From: an uncultured Gammaproteobacteria bacterium
GTDB lineage: Bacteria; Patescibacteriota; Microgenomatia; UBA8517
Length of the DNA: 64,000 nt
NCBI GenBank assembly: GCA_964357925.1
Contig: CAYHMW010000002.1
Span: 23,367-87,366, forward strand
Direction of reading: 5' to 3'
How positions within the stretch are numbered: position 1 is the stretch's first letter; every line of letters starts with the position of its first letter. Shown one piece after another: positions 30,247 to 39,463 of the stretch. The position numbers and the translations under genes were made by a program. The notes beneath the pieces were generated by a model, which had not been told where the DNA came from, made no database searches, and saw only the letters and a program-made list of their open reading frames with translations.

Positions 30247-30792
30247 GTGAAACCTCGTCAATTTTCAACAGATGCTATCGTGCTAGCGGCGAAAAGCAGT
30301 AAAGAGGCTGATAAAATTATTACGCTCTTTACCAAGGATCACGGTAAGTTAGTTGTGATCGCCAAGGGGGTAAAAAAAATTAGTAGCAGAAAACGTGGCA
30401 ACATAGAACTTTTTAGCCACATCAAAACGAGCATAGTGAATAGTCATGATTTTGGGTTAATGACGGAGGCACAACTTCTCGAAAGCTTCGAGAATATTAG
30501 AAAAAGCCTCAAAAAAACAGCAGTCGCGTATTTCATGGTAGAAGTTGTTGCAAAAGTGGCACAACAAGAAGAAAAGAATATTGAAATTTTTGATTTGCTT
30601 CTTAATTATTTAGGCAAAGTAAATTCCTCTGGAAAATTAAAAGAGATTAGAGAAAATTTCACCAAAGACATTTTGACTGTACTCGGCTTCTGGCCAAGAG
30701 GTAGAAGCATGCTCGAGCCAGATATAATCTTGGAGCAAATATTGGAGAGAAGACCTCACACCGTAAGAATCGCCAAAAAACTGTTTTATTAA
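30247..30792 (+). CDS. recO: DNA repair protein RecO (short form, N-terminal OB-fold domain)
   Basis: AIVLAAKSSKEADKIITLFTKDHGKLVVIAKGVKKISSRK aligns to the RecO N-terminus ([38 protein letters not shown]). Confidence 0.6.
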   Translation: MKPRQFSTDAIVLAAKSSKEADKIITLFTKDHGKLVVIAKGVKKISSRKRGNIELFSHIKTSIVNSHDFGLMTEAQLLESFENIRKSLKKTAVAYFMVEVVAKVAQQEEKNIEIFDLLLNYLGKVNSSGKLKEIRENFTKDILTVLGFWPRGRSMLEPDIILEQILERRPHTVRIAKKLFY

Positions 30793-30800
30793 TAATTAAA

Positions 30801-30822
30801 GCCAGGGCAAGAGTGCCCTGGC
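30801..30822. terminator. GC-rich perfect hairpin between convergent genes (GCCAGGGCA-agag-TGCCCTGGC)
   Basis: 9-bp perfect inverted repeat. It has AT-rich flanks (a U-tract on the minus-strand side). Confidence 0.45.
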
Positions 30823-30830
30823 AACAAACC

Positions 30831-31201
30831 TCACAGCAAATATATCACCCATGCCATGACCAACATTATAGCGCCGGCAGCAGAGACGAAATCACCAACA
30901 CTCGCCTTTCCGTATCCGACATCAAATCGATCAATAAGCCAAAGTAATCGTGAATTCTCGTTGGCACGGACGTGAGGTGGATTTAAATCATATCTCCACT
31001 CCTCTTCATCAGCAAGCAAGACTGGAAAGGTGCTCTTGTTAGACACATGACAAGAGTATTCGAAAGTCCTCCTACAAACAGTGCAAGTGTGGCTAGTGCC
31101 AGCAGCGGAACATCAAAAAAATAATAAAATAAACCTGCCGCACACGCCTGGTAAATGACGACAGTGACCATTGCAATTGTTCGGATCACGAAAACCTCCA
31201 C
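30831..31201 (-). pseudogene. phosphatidylglycerophosphatase A (PgpA)-like membrane protein, split across two frames (frameshift near 31040)
   Basis: Two overlapping minus-strand ORFs in different frames (30983..31201 and 30831..31046). The C-terminal part LWLIDRFDVGYGKASVGDFVSAAGAIMLV resembles the PgpA C-terminus (WFDRNVHGGMGIMIDDIVAGVISAG). Confidence 0.3.
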
Positions 31202-31309
31202 ATTTAAATGATCGGAGGCCTATAATAACACAGCACCTTGTTTTACTCAATTGAAAATCAAGTTATGACCCACTATGTCATACGAAGCGAAGCATAGTAT
31301 AATCACCTC

Positions 31310-32686
31310 ATGGCAACGATGGATGAAATTGTTTCCTTAGCTAAGCGTCGTGGGTTTGTTTATCAAACCAGCGAAATTTATGGCGGCCTGGCAAACTCCT
31401 ACGATTATGGCCCAATGGGCGTGGAACTCCTTAAAAACATCAAAGACCTCTGGTGGAAAGAATTTATCCAAAAACGTCCAGATATGGTCGGTATCGATAC
31501 TCAAATTATTCTGCACCCCAAAACATGGGAGGCATCTGGCCATGTAACTTCATTCACCGAGCCCTTGGTCGAAGACAAAGTAACCCACAAACGCTATCGT
31601 GCCGATCATTTGATCGAAGGCTGGCTTGGGGCAGATTCTGACATCAAAGCTGAAGATATGACAGTTTCCGAAATGGCCGCTTTCATAAAGGAAAATAAAA
31701 TTAAAAGCCCGGATGGCAATGAAATTACAGAGCCCAAGGCCTTCAATGTCCTCTTTGAAACGGCGCTTGGTTCAGTCGAAGGTGGCAAACAAAAAGCTTA
31801 TCTTCGCGGGGAAACAGCCCAAGGCATCTTCACCAATTTTAAGCAAGTATTGGGTAGCACAAGAATTCAATTGCCTTTTGGTATCGGCCAGATCGGCAAG
31901 AGCTTCAGGAATGAAATCACAACAGGCCAATTTGTTTTTAGGACATTGGAGTTTGAACAAGCGGAAATCGAATATTTCTTTGATCCAGAAGTAACTGACT
32001 GGGAAAAGCTAATGCTCGAGTGGAAAGAATCAATGATGAATTTTATTGTCGACGGACTCGGTATCAATAAAGAAAATCTCAGGTGGCGAAGGCACACAGA
32101 TAAAGAGAGAAGTCATTACAGCAAAGACACGTTTGACTTGGATTACCAGTTCCCTTTTGGGTGGAAAGAACTTTGGGGCATAGCATATCGCACAGACTAT
32201 GACCTAAAGCAACATATGGAGTTTTCAGGCCAGTCTTTGGAATATACAGACCCAATATCAGGTAGGAAATTCGTCCCCCATGTCCTCGAACCTGCAATTG
32301 GAGTAAATAGAATGTTTTTCATGGTATTAAATGATGCATATTATAAAGATAAAGAAAATGGCCGCAAAGTGCTAAAGGTCAAACCCTCTCTTGCCCCGTA
32401 TAAGGCAGCAGTCTTCCCATTACTTGCCAATAAACCAGAATTAGTTGCAAAAGCTCAAACAATATACAACATACTAAATACCAAATACGCTGTTGCTTGG
32501 GATGATCGTGGCAATATAGGCAAACGCTACTTTGCTCAAGACGAAGTCGGCACACCATTTTGCATAACCGTCGATTTCGACACACTAAAGGATGACACAG
32601 TTACAGTGCGCGACCGCGACACAGCAAAACAAGAAAGAGTAAGTGTTGAAAAATTAAATGAATTTATTTCCTCCAAGCTCGAATAA
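31310..32686 (+). CDS. glyQS: glycine--tRNA ligase, alpha2 single-chain type (eukaryote/archaea-like GlyRS)
   Basis: N-terminal RRGFVYQTSEIYGGLANSYDYGPMGVELLKNI. Class II motifs are present. Its 458-aa length fits the alpha2 type. Confidence 0.9.
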   Translation: MATMDEIVSLAKRRGFVYQTSEIYGGLANSYDYGPMGVELLKNIKDLWWKEFIQKRPDMVGIDTQIILHPKTWEASGHVTSFTEPLVEDKVTHKRYRADHLIEGWLGADSDIKAEDMTVSEMAAFIKENKIKSPDGNEITEPKAFNVLFETALGSVEGGKQKAYLRGETAQGIFTNFKQVLGSTRIQLPFGIGQIGKSFRNEITTGQFVFRTLEFEQAEIEYFFDPEVTDWEKLMLEWKESMMNFIVDGLGINKENLRWRRHTDKERSHYSKDTFDLDYQFPFGWKELWGIAYRTDYDLKQHMEFSGQSLEYTDPISGRKFVPHVLEPAIGVNRMFFMVLNDAYYKDKENGRKVLKVKPSLAPYKAAVFPLLANKPELVAKAQTIYNILNTKYAVAWDDRGNIGKRYFAQDEVGTPFCITVDFDTLKDDTVTVRDRDTAKQERVSVEKLNEFISSKLE

Positions 32687-32889
32687 TGTCAGACGAAGTA
32701 CCAGAAAATTTGATTAAAAAAGTAGCAAGCAAAGTTGGTATTCGGGACAGACAAGAAGCTGAAGGATTTGTGACAGGTGAATACCCCGAAGAGAAAGATA
32801 TCGACACCGAAAAATTACTAGAAGGCTACAACATTAACCTAGAATTAGATCTTAAAAGCCTAGCTGACAAAGAGAGAGTTGCTAGTTGA
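32686..32889 (+). CDS. hypothetical acidic small protein
   Basis: 67-aa ORF coupled to the glyQS stop (ATGTCAGAC overlaps TAATG). No family recognised. Confidence 0.3.
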   Translation: MSDEVPENLIKKVASKVGIRDRQEAEGFVTGEYPEEKDIDTEKLLEGYNINLELDLKSLADKERVAS

Positions 32890-33379
32890 GACTATCCACT
32901 TCCTAACTGATACCTCAGATATTTTTCGACGCGAGATGAGAAGCACGCTCGATGAATATAGAACTGCAAACCCTATCGCACTTACAGAAAAGATGCAAGC
33001 CGAAATTCTTGAAAGGGGCTACGATACTCCAAGGTTCGGCGTATACGACAAAGATAGAGGGAATAAGTTTTTGAGTGAAGTTGGTCTAGTGGAAAATATC
33101 GACGACGATAAAATACTCATTACTTTTAATTTCCCTAAACCCATTGCCGAATGGTGGTGGAAAGGCGAAGGAGATTGGGGAGATCAAGGGGTTGATATCG
33201 GAGGTGCTGCGGTCGAGTGGGGCGTTTTATACAGAGAAATCCTTCCTGTTATTTGGGAGCAAAAAGACAAACTTGAATATTCAGATGATGCAAAGATTTA
33301 CCTCGATCGCATTAATGGCGTCGGCGCCCATGACCCTCACAAGTTCTACTACATCTGGGAGGTAGGAAAAAAAGAATAA
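32879..33379 (+). CDS. hypothetical protein (Trp/Gly-rich, WWWKGEGDWGDQG)
   Basis: 166-aa ORF with a TTG start in the ORF track. It overlaps the previous ORF by 11 nt. Confidence 0.35.
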   Translation: MLVETIHFLTDTSDIFRREMRSTLDEYRTANPIALTEKMQAEILERGYDTPRFGVYDKDRGNKFLSEVGLVENIDDDKILITFNFPKPIAEWWWKGEGDWGDQGVDIGGAAVEWGVLYREILPVIWEQKDKLEYSDDAKIYLDRINGVGAHDPHKFYYIWEVGKKE

Positions 33380-33387
33380 TTCTCCAC

Positions 33388-33411
33388 AAAAAAAGCGGGA
33401 TTTTCACCCGC
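33388..33411 (-). terminator. rho-independent terminator oriented on the minus strand (GCGGG-tgaaaat-CCCGC followed by T7)
   Basis: The reverse complement of 33388..33411 reads GGCGGGTGAAAATCCCGCTTTTTTT. Confidence 0.5.
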
Positions 33412-33648
33412 CATGTTTACTTATATCTTACTCATCTTCTTGATCGAGACTTTCATCCCACTGTTCAATGACTTTCCAGCCACGATCAACTAATTCATCC
33501 ATCCGAGGAGGATGTTCGCCACCGAACGAGTAGCCGTCCTGGGAGTCCGAGAACTCCACGTAGACTGTAACCCCACTATCAAGTACTATAGGGTTTACTT
33601 CAAGTTTGAACTTGACTTATTAACTACTCCTAATGCAATATTAAATAA

Positions 33649-34260
33649 GTGAAAAAAGCTCTCCCCGTAATCCTAGTCGTTGTAGGACTCCTGACAATTG
33701 GTGGGGTTTTTGCAGTTAGAAGTTTCTTAAGAGGGCCAAGTGATCAAATGGAAGAAAATGCTCCTGATGTTCCTGTTGGGCAGAGGCCATTTACAAGCCT
33801 TACTCCAAGTGAGGATGGTCACTGGCTCAAGCTTAAGATCAAAAATGTTAGTGTTGAAGGAGCCGCATCTTTCGATTATGAGCTTCTATACACCCGTGGC
33901 GATGGTATCGATCAAGGTGTACCAGGGAATATAAAGTATAGTAAAGGCGAGACAATCGAACGCGATCTACTATTGGGCTCAGAGTCCTCAGGTAGATTCC
34001 GCTACGACGAAGGCGTCGAAAAAGGTATGCTCACGCTTCGTTTCCGTGATGGTAAAGGCAAGCTAATCGGCAAGCTGAAAACCGACTTTCACCTCCAATC
34101 AGGTGTTAAAGAGGCAACATCAGTCGATGGCAGCTTCAAGGCAGATGTCAGCGGAGCCGATGACAATACTTTCTTCGTGGTAATGCAAACTTTCGGCAAA
34201 AGTGACGACTTCGATGGCGGGTACGCCGTGTTCAGTTCTGACGGCGAAGACTACAACTGA
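33649..34260 (+). CDS. hypothetical exported protein (signal peptide/TM anchor)
   Basis: GTG start. N-terminal KKALPVILVVVGLLTIGGVFA. Gly/Asp-rich mature part. Confidence 0.45.
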   Translation: MKKALPVILVVVGLLTIGGVFAVRSFLRGPSDQMEENAPDVPVGQRPFTSLTPSEDGHWLKLKIKNVSVEGAASFDYELLYTRGDGIDQGVPGNIKYSKGETIERDLLLGSESSGRFRYDEGVEKGMLTLRFRDGKGKLIGKLKTDFHLQSGVKEATSVDGSFKADVSGADDNTFFVVMQTFGKSDDFDGGYAVFSSDGEDYN

Positions 34261-34294
34261 CGCTTCATCCCCATTTATTTACTTCGGGTAATGT

Positions 34295-34323
34295 TTGTCT
34301 TGATCTCTCCGTGAAAATATATC
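34295..34323 (+). promoter_or_regulatory. candidate sigma70-type promoter of the dcw cluster (TTGTCT-N17-TATATC)
   Basis: -35-like 34295..34300, a 17-nt spacer, and -10-like 34318..34323, which sits 49 nt upstream of the mraZ ATG. Confidence 0.35.
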
Positions 34324-34327
34324 AAAA

Positions 34328-34353
34328 TGGTGAGAATTGGTGACAAATGGTGA
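34328..34353 (+). promoter_or_regulatory. putative MraZ operator: three direct TGGTGA repeats at 10-bp phasing
   Basis: TGGTGAgaatTGGTGAcaaaTGGTGA at 34328..34353. It lies immediately downstream of the candidate -10 and 19 nt upstream of mraZ. Confidence 0.5.
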
Positions 34354-34371
34354 TAAAGTACAACGAAAGCG

Positions 34372-34809
34372 ATGTTAATCGGTCAATACGAAACAACAAT
34401 TACAGAGGCCAAAAGGGTAGCAATACCCAAAAAATTTAGGTCCGAGCTCGGAAGTAATTTTATCATCGCACGTTGGTATGAAAAGTGTTTAGTTCTGGTA
34501 GCCAAGAATAACTGGACATCGCTCATGGAACGCGTCACAGGCACAAACGCACCTGTCATAGCACCAGTGAGACGCACAGACCGTTTTATTTTGGGTTCTG
34601 CCTTTGAGCTCACACCAGATAGTCAAGGTAGAGCAGTCCTGCCAACTTCCTTAGTGGAATATGCCGGACTCAAAGTAGAAGTTGTCTTTGTAGGGCTTGG
34701 CGATCGAGTTGAAATATGGGACAAAACACATTGGGAAAAAGAAGAAAGTGAATTGGCAAATATTGCCGGTGATTTAATCGAAAATCTGAACAATGGACAA
34801 AGGCCATGA
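34372..34809 (+). CDS. mraZ: transcriptional regulator MraZ
   Basis: MLIGQYETTITEAKRVAIPKKFR matches the MraZ N-terminus (MF.GE.....D.KGRV.IPAKFR). The two-repeat architecture and first position in the dcw cluster also fit. Confidence 0.85.
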   Translation: MLIGQYETTITEAKRVAIPKKFRSELGSNFIIARWYEKCLVLVAKNNWTSLMERVTGTNAPVIAPVRRTDRFILGSAFELTPDSQGRAVLPTSLVEYAGLKVEVVFVGLGDRVEIWDKTHWEKEESELANIAGDLIENLNNGQRP

Positions 34810-35695
34810 AAGCGTATTACTGCTCGAGGCAGTAGACGCTCTGCACATTAAGAATCAAGCTCTATATGTTGATGCCACATTAGGTGGCGGAGGACATACG
34901 ATCGAAATATTAAAGAGAGGTGGAAAAGTGATCGGAATTGAGGCAGACAAATCAATAATCGAGATTGCCAAAAATAACATAGAAGAAGCCCGCCCTGTCC
35001 CTCATCCTTTGGATGGGAGATTGCTTCATATTGTAAATGGCAACGCGAAAGACATTGATTTAATAGTCAAGAATTATACTCACGAACCAGTATTTGGTGT
35101 TCTATATGATCTTGGGGTCTCGAATTATCACTTTGGAAGTGAGGAAAGAGGTTTTTCATTTAAAAATCCAAAAGCGAGACTTGACATGAGACTAGACCCA
35201 GACACTCAATCAGTCACAGCTGCGGATTTGCTCAATTTGTTGAGAGAAGATCAACTATTTGAACTATTTAGGTACGCAATGGATTACAAGAGTGCCAAAA
35301 AAAGTGCATTTCTGATAGTTAATTTTAGGAAAACTAAGAAATTTGAAACCGTGGGTGATCTCTTGGACGCAATTGAGTCGTGGAAAAGTTCAAATACTAA
35401 AGTTCATCCCTCAACGAAAGCCTTTTTAGCACTAAGGATCGCAGTTAATCGAGAGCTTGATAACGCTGAGGAATCAATCAATAAAGCGGTGCATTTACTT
35501 GAAAAAAGTGGAAGGTTGAGTGTTATCACGTTTCATTCAACAGAAGACAGATTAGTTAAAAACATTTTTAAAGCTTTGGCAGAGAGTCACAAGGTTAAAA
35601 TCATTACAAAAAAGCCAATTACACCAAGTGCAGATGAGATTGAAAGGAATATTAAAAGTAGAAGCGCGAAATTAAGAGTTATTGAAAAATTATGA
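34793..35695 (+). CDS. rsmH: 16S rRNA (cytosine1402-N4)-methyltransferase RsmH (MraW)
   Basis: HESVLLLEAVDAL...YVDATLGGGGHT motif. Positioned after mraZ. Confidence 0.9.
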   Translation: MDKGHESVLLLEAVDALHIKNQALYVDATLGGGGHTIEILKRGGKVIGIEADKSIIEIAKNNIEEARPVPHPLDGRLLHIVNGNAKDIDLIVKNYTHEPVFGVLYDLGVSNYHFGSEERGFSFKNPKARLDMRLDPDTQSVTAADLLNLLREDQLFELFRYAMDYKSAKKSAFLIVNFRKTKKFETVGDLLDAIESWKSSNTKVHPSTKAFLALRIAVNRELDNAEESINKAVHLLEKSGRLSVITFHSTEDRLVKNIFKALAESHKVKIITKKPITPSADEIERNIKSRSAKLRVIEKL

Positions 35696-35973
35696 AAAGA
35701 AAAATTATATTACCAGTTATAATAGGCATATTTATTTTTGCCAACGTTTTTATGACAATCATCGCGGGGGCTGAGGGCACGAAGCTTGGGGACATTGAAA
35801 AGAAGCTTGCTACTCTTAAGGAAGACAAAAGGAAATCAGGGATAGAACTGGTCGAAGCGAGTTCTCTCAAGAATATTAAAGCGGGAGTAAACGAGCTGGG
35901 TTTTGCCGAACCAACACGAATAGTATATTTGTTAGAAGAAGGATCACTCGCTAAACTTCCTGACAGTTTCTAA
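35692..35973 (+). CDS. ftsL: cell division protein FtsL-like (single TM plus coiled coil)
   Basis: 93-aa protein with one TM helix and a short coiled-coil region. Position is between rsmH and ftsI. Confidence 0.55.
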   Translation: MKRKIILPVIIGIFIFANVFMTIIAGAEGTKLGDIEKKLATLKEDKRKSGIELVEASSLKNIKAGVNELGFAEPTRIVYLLEEGSLAKLPDSF

Positions 35974-35974
35974 T

Positions 35975-37693
35975 ATGCATGTCAGATTCAAGGTAATCTT
36001 TATCATCTTCATTTTACTGACCATTAGCGTTATTTCTCGGCTCTTCTATTGGCAAGTTCTGGAAGGAGGTAGAATCGCTGCCCTTGCACGTGCTCAACAA
36101 ACTGGTGGTCAAAGATTAGAGGCTCATAGGGGCAATATCTTAGATAAAAGCGGCAGTTGGTTGGCTGCCAGCGGAGATAGTTGGCTTCTATACGCATCTA
36201 TTCCAGATTTGGAAAATGGTGCTGGTATGATAGCAAAACTTCTCGCCCCTCTCTTTATCGATTTGGAATCAGAAACTGCAAAAGAGGATCTCCTTAAGGA
36301 AACTCTAAGATTAGAAAATAACATCAATCAACCTAAAGTTGTCTGGGTCCCATTAAAAAAACGAATCGACGATGAAAAAAGACGAGAAATAGAAGCACTT
36401 GGCATCAAGGGATTAGGTTTTGAGACAGAGGAGGCAAGAGTATACCCCGAAGGTAGTAGCTCTGCCCATCTCCTGGGATTTGTTGGCAAGGACGAAGACG
36501 GCAATGACAAAGGTTATTTCGGTCTCGAAGGCTTTTACGATTTGACTTTAAAAGCTAGAACTGGCTATCAAAGTACGACCGCCAATGCACTTGGCTCTCC
36601 GCTAGTATTTGGCAAAAAGAAACGCATAGATGCTGTGGGAGGAGTGGACTTGATAACGCACATAGACAAAGCTATTCAATTAACAGTTGAAGAAAAACTT
36701 GAAGAAGCCCTCGTTCGCTACGGCGCAAAGTCAGGCACAGTTATTATCATGAACCCACACACAGGTGGAGTATTGGCAATGGCTTCTTCGCCCAACTACG
36801 ACCAAAAAACATATTACGATTTTGGCGACGATCTATTTAGAAATCCAAGCATTAGTGATAGTTTCGAACCAGGCTCGGTATTTAAGCCCATTGTTATGGC
36901 AGCGGCTTTTGATGCAGGCGTCGTTAAACCAGACACAGTATGCGATATTTGCGATCGCTTCTTCAAAATAGACAAATATACAATTGGCACTTGGGATGGA
37001 AAGTATTATCCAAATTCCACAATGATCGATGTCATCAAACATTCGGATAATGTTGGAATGGTTTTTGCCGGACAAAAATTGGGCATCGAAAAATTTAGGA
37101 AATACATCTCAGACTTTGGCTTTGGACAAATCACAGGGATAGATCTTGAAGGAGAAAGTTCTCCTAAATTAAGAGGAAATGGGGAGTGGAGCATGGTGGA
37201 TCTTGCTACTTCCACATTTGGCCAAGGTATTGCAGTCACACCGATTCAATTAATTAAAGCGATATCAATTATTGGTAACGGTGGTGTTAGTGTCACACCA
37301 CAGGTAGTTGATAAAGTAAAGCTAGGTAGTTGGGAGGAGGATGTTGCACCGGAATTAGGCGACAGAGTGATAAGTGAGAAGGCTGCAAGAGAAATAACAG
37401 AAATAATGGTTTTGGCTGTTAAAGAAGGTGAAGCCAAATGGGCAGTTCCTAAAGGTTTCAAAATCGCAGGCAAAACAGGTACAGCACAAATTCCGGTCCT
37501 AGGACACTATGACGAGGAAAAAACAATCGCTTCGTTTGTAGGTTATGCTCCTGCCGACAACCCAAAATTCACCATGCTTGTGACTCTTCGGGAACCAGAA
37601 AGTTCAACCTGGGCAAGTGAGACCGCAGCCCCGCTCTGGTTCGATATCGCCCTGGATATTTTCCCATACTTAGGCGTAGAACCTGAAAAATAA
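35975..37693 (+). CDS. ftsI: class B penicillin-binding protein, division transpeptidase FtsI
   Basis: SxxK (SVFKP), SxN (HSDN) and KTG (KTGTA) motifs. N-terminal TM anchor. Confidence 0.9.
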   Translation: MHVRFKVIFIIFILLTISVISRLFYWQVLEGGRIAALARAQQTGGQRLEAHRGNILDKSGSWLAASGDSWLLYASIPDLENGAGMIAKLLAPLFIDLESETAKEDLLKETLRLENNINQPKVVWVPLKKRIDDEKRREIEALGIKGLGFETEEARVYPEGSSSAHLLGFVGKDEDGNDKGYFGLEGFYDLTLKARTGYQSTTANALGSPLVFGKKKRIDAVGGVDLITHIDKAIQLTVEEKLEEALVRYGAKSGTVIIMNPHTGGVLAMASSPNYDQKTYYDFGDDLFRNPSISDSFEPGSVFKPIVMAAAFDAGVVKPDTVCDICDRFFKIDKYTIGTWDGKYYPNSTMIDVIKHSDNVGMVFAGQKLGIEKFRKYISDFGFGQITGIDLEGESSPKLRGNGEWSMVDLATSTFGQGIAVTPIQLIKAISIIGNGGVSVTPQVVDKVKLGSWEEDVAPELGDRVISEKAAREITEIMVLAVKEGEAKWAVPKGFKIAGKTGTAQIPVLGHYDEEKTIASFVGYAPADNPKFTMLVTLREPESSTWASETAAPLWFDIALDIFPYLGVEPEK

Positions 37694-37720
37694 GTACATG
37701 TTTGCTATAATCCAAAGTTC

Positions 37721-38473
37721 ATGAAAGATGTCTCAGCCGTAGTCCTCGCGGCAGGAAAAGGAAGTCGACTAAAAGGGAACAAACCTAAAGTTCTCAAAAT
37801 TCTAGGTGGACAACCAATTATTATTCGAATACTGAAACTGCTCGACAAGCTTAAAATTCAAAATCGAATTCTGGTTCTCGGGCACAGATCCAACACAATT
37901 CTAGACAAACTCTTAAAATCTAATTACAAAGAAAATATCTTAATTCAGAAAGAGCCCCAAGGAACGGCCCACTCACTTCAATTTGTTATTAGGCTAATAA
38001 GTACAAAAGAAGTTCTCGTACTTTATGGAGATGATTCAGGACTTTATAGACCACAAACCATTAAGAATTTTGTTAAATACCATATAAATTCAGGAAACAA
38101 AGCTACCTTCATGGTTTCAAAAGTTAATCAGAAAACAGATATAGGCGGAATACTTCTAGATAAAAAAGGATATGTCATGACAGTTGTCACCCGAAGCCAG
38201 ATGGAAGAACACGATATTAATCAAATACGTAACCTCTGTGGAGCTTTTTGTTTCAATTCGCAATGGATTTCCAAAAACATATCAAATATACCAAAAAGTG
38301 AAATTAGTGGTGAGTATCCGTTGCCAGGCATAATCAAAATAGCAAATTCTCAGGAAGTAAAAATCGGCAGCTATTTATTGCCGGATCAAAATGAATGGAA
38401 CAGTCTGAATACTAATAAAGAATTAATAGAAGCTAGAAAAAAGATGAAAAAAAAGCTGCAAATTAAAAAATGA
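37721..38473 (+). CDS. sugar-1-phosphate nucleotidyltransferase, GlmU N-terminal (uridylyltransferase) domain-like; no LbH acetyltransferase domain
   Basis: AVVLAAGKGSRLK...PKVL, PQGTAHSL (cf. GlmU EQLGTGHA). Confidence 0.6.
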   Translation: MKDVSAVVLAAGKGSRLKGNKPKVLKILGGQPIIIRILKLLDKLKIQNRILVLGHRSNTILDKLLKSNYKENILIQKEPQGTAHSLQFVIRLISTKEVLVLYGDDSGLYRPQTIKNFVKYHINSGNKATFMVSKVNQKTDIGGILLDKKGYVMTVVTRSQMEEHDINQIRNLCGAFCFNSQWISKNISNIPKSEISGEYPLPGIIKIANSQEVKIGSYLLPDQNEWNSLNTNKELIEARKKMKKKLQIKK

Positions 38474-39453
38474 CTGAAAGAAAAATAGACTTCCATATTC
38501 ACTATAACCCAGAAATTGATTCAACTGCGTACGAGGCGATTGATCGTGCAAGAGAAAGAGGTATTGTGGCGATGGCTTTGATGGGTAAACAACTTGTCTC
38601 CCCCCATTTCAATGATTTTCAAGAATACGGGAAAGAAATAGGAGTCGACGTTTTTTCAGGGATGGAGTTGGTCACTCAAGACGGAAACATTGGCATGAAC
38701 ATCATCGCAATTGGCTTTGATCCCCTCGCTCCTTCTATCGAAAAATGGCGTTCTGATCTTGAAAACAAGGATATTATGGCACAAAGATATAAGGCTCAAT
38801 ACGAATATCTTTTGAATTCTGGTTACATTTTTCCAGAAACAGAAGAAGCAAACAACATACTATCGACACTGCTTGACGGCTCAAATGACCAGGGAGCGAT
38901 TGAATACTGCAGAATGATTTCTGACTATCTGCCTAACCACCAGCATATCGAAGTTGATAAATTAAGCGAACCAGAAACATGGAAAGAAACTGTTGAGAAG
39001 TATAGCGATATTCCAGAGTATTCACACATGTTGGAGGCTAAGTTTTTATATAAAAAACATTTTGCATTTGGCAAACCAGGGAACTTTATCAGGTTTACTG
39101 ATACAAATGAAGCTATTAATCGAATTCATAGTGCAGGAGGAGTTGCTCTATATTCGCCAGAAGGAAGTTTTGAACAAGAAAAATGGGATCGACTTATAGA
39201 ACTCCAAATCGACGGAATAATGGCATGGCATGGTGGAAAATTAGGAATGTCTGGCCACTCAAAAGATGTTCCACTAAGCGTCTTAAAAAATGCACTTCGA
39301 TCTGATCTCCTTATTCTTGGAGGGAGTGACTATCAAGCTAAAGACTGGCAAGCAGGTGTTGGAAACGGAGAAATGTTCATTAGTTCTAGGCGACTTGGAG
39401 ACTTGAGAAAATATCAAAAGCAAATGGATCGAAGAATCTTTAACAATACTTGA
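38470..39453 (+). CDS. PHP-domain-like metal-dependent phosphoesterase (tentative)
   Basis: IDFHIHYNPEIDS...A..RGIVAMAL N-terminal His motif and a C-terminal GGSDYQ (GSDAH-like) motif. Confidence 0.35.
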   Translation: MTERKIDFHIHYNPEIDSTAYEAIDRARERGIVAMALMGKQLVSPHFNDFQEYGKEIGVDVFSGMELVTQDGNIGMNIIAIGFDPLAPSIEKWRSDLENKDIMAQRYKAQYEYLLNSGYIFPETEEANNILSTLLDGSNDQGAIEYCRMISDYLPNHQHIEVDKLSEPETWKETVEKYSDIPEYSHMLEAKFLYKKHFAFGKPGNFIRFTDTNEAINRIHSAGGVALYSPEGSFEQEKWDRLIELQIDGIMAWHGGKLGMSGHSKDVPLSVLKNALRSDLLILGGSDYQAKDWQAGVGNGEMFISSRRLGDLRKYQKQMDRRIFNNT

Positions 39454-39463
39454 GCTAAAAATA

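Noticed and set aside
31251-31303. TTGAAA ... TATAAT pair upstream of glyQS as a promoter
   Set aside because: The boxes are 41 nt apart, which is incompatible with a sigma70 spacer. The TATAAT at 31298..31303 may still be a -10, but it has no good -35.
32686-33379. The 67-aa and 166-aa ORFs after glyQS as one frameshifted gene
   Set aside because: There is no recognisable family to guide a fusion. The 11-nt overlap in different frames is also typical of coupled genes in this window.
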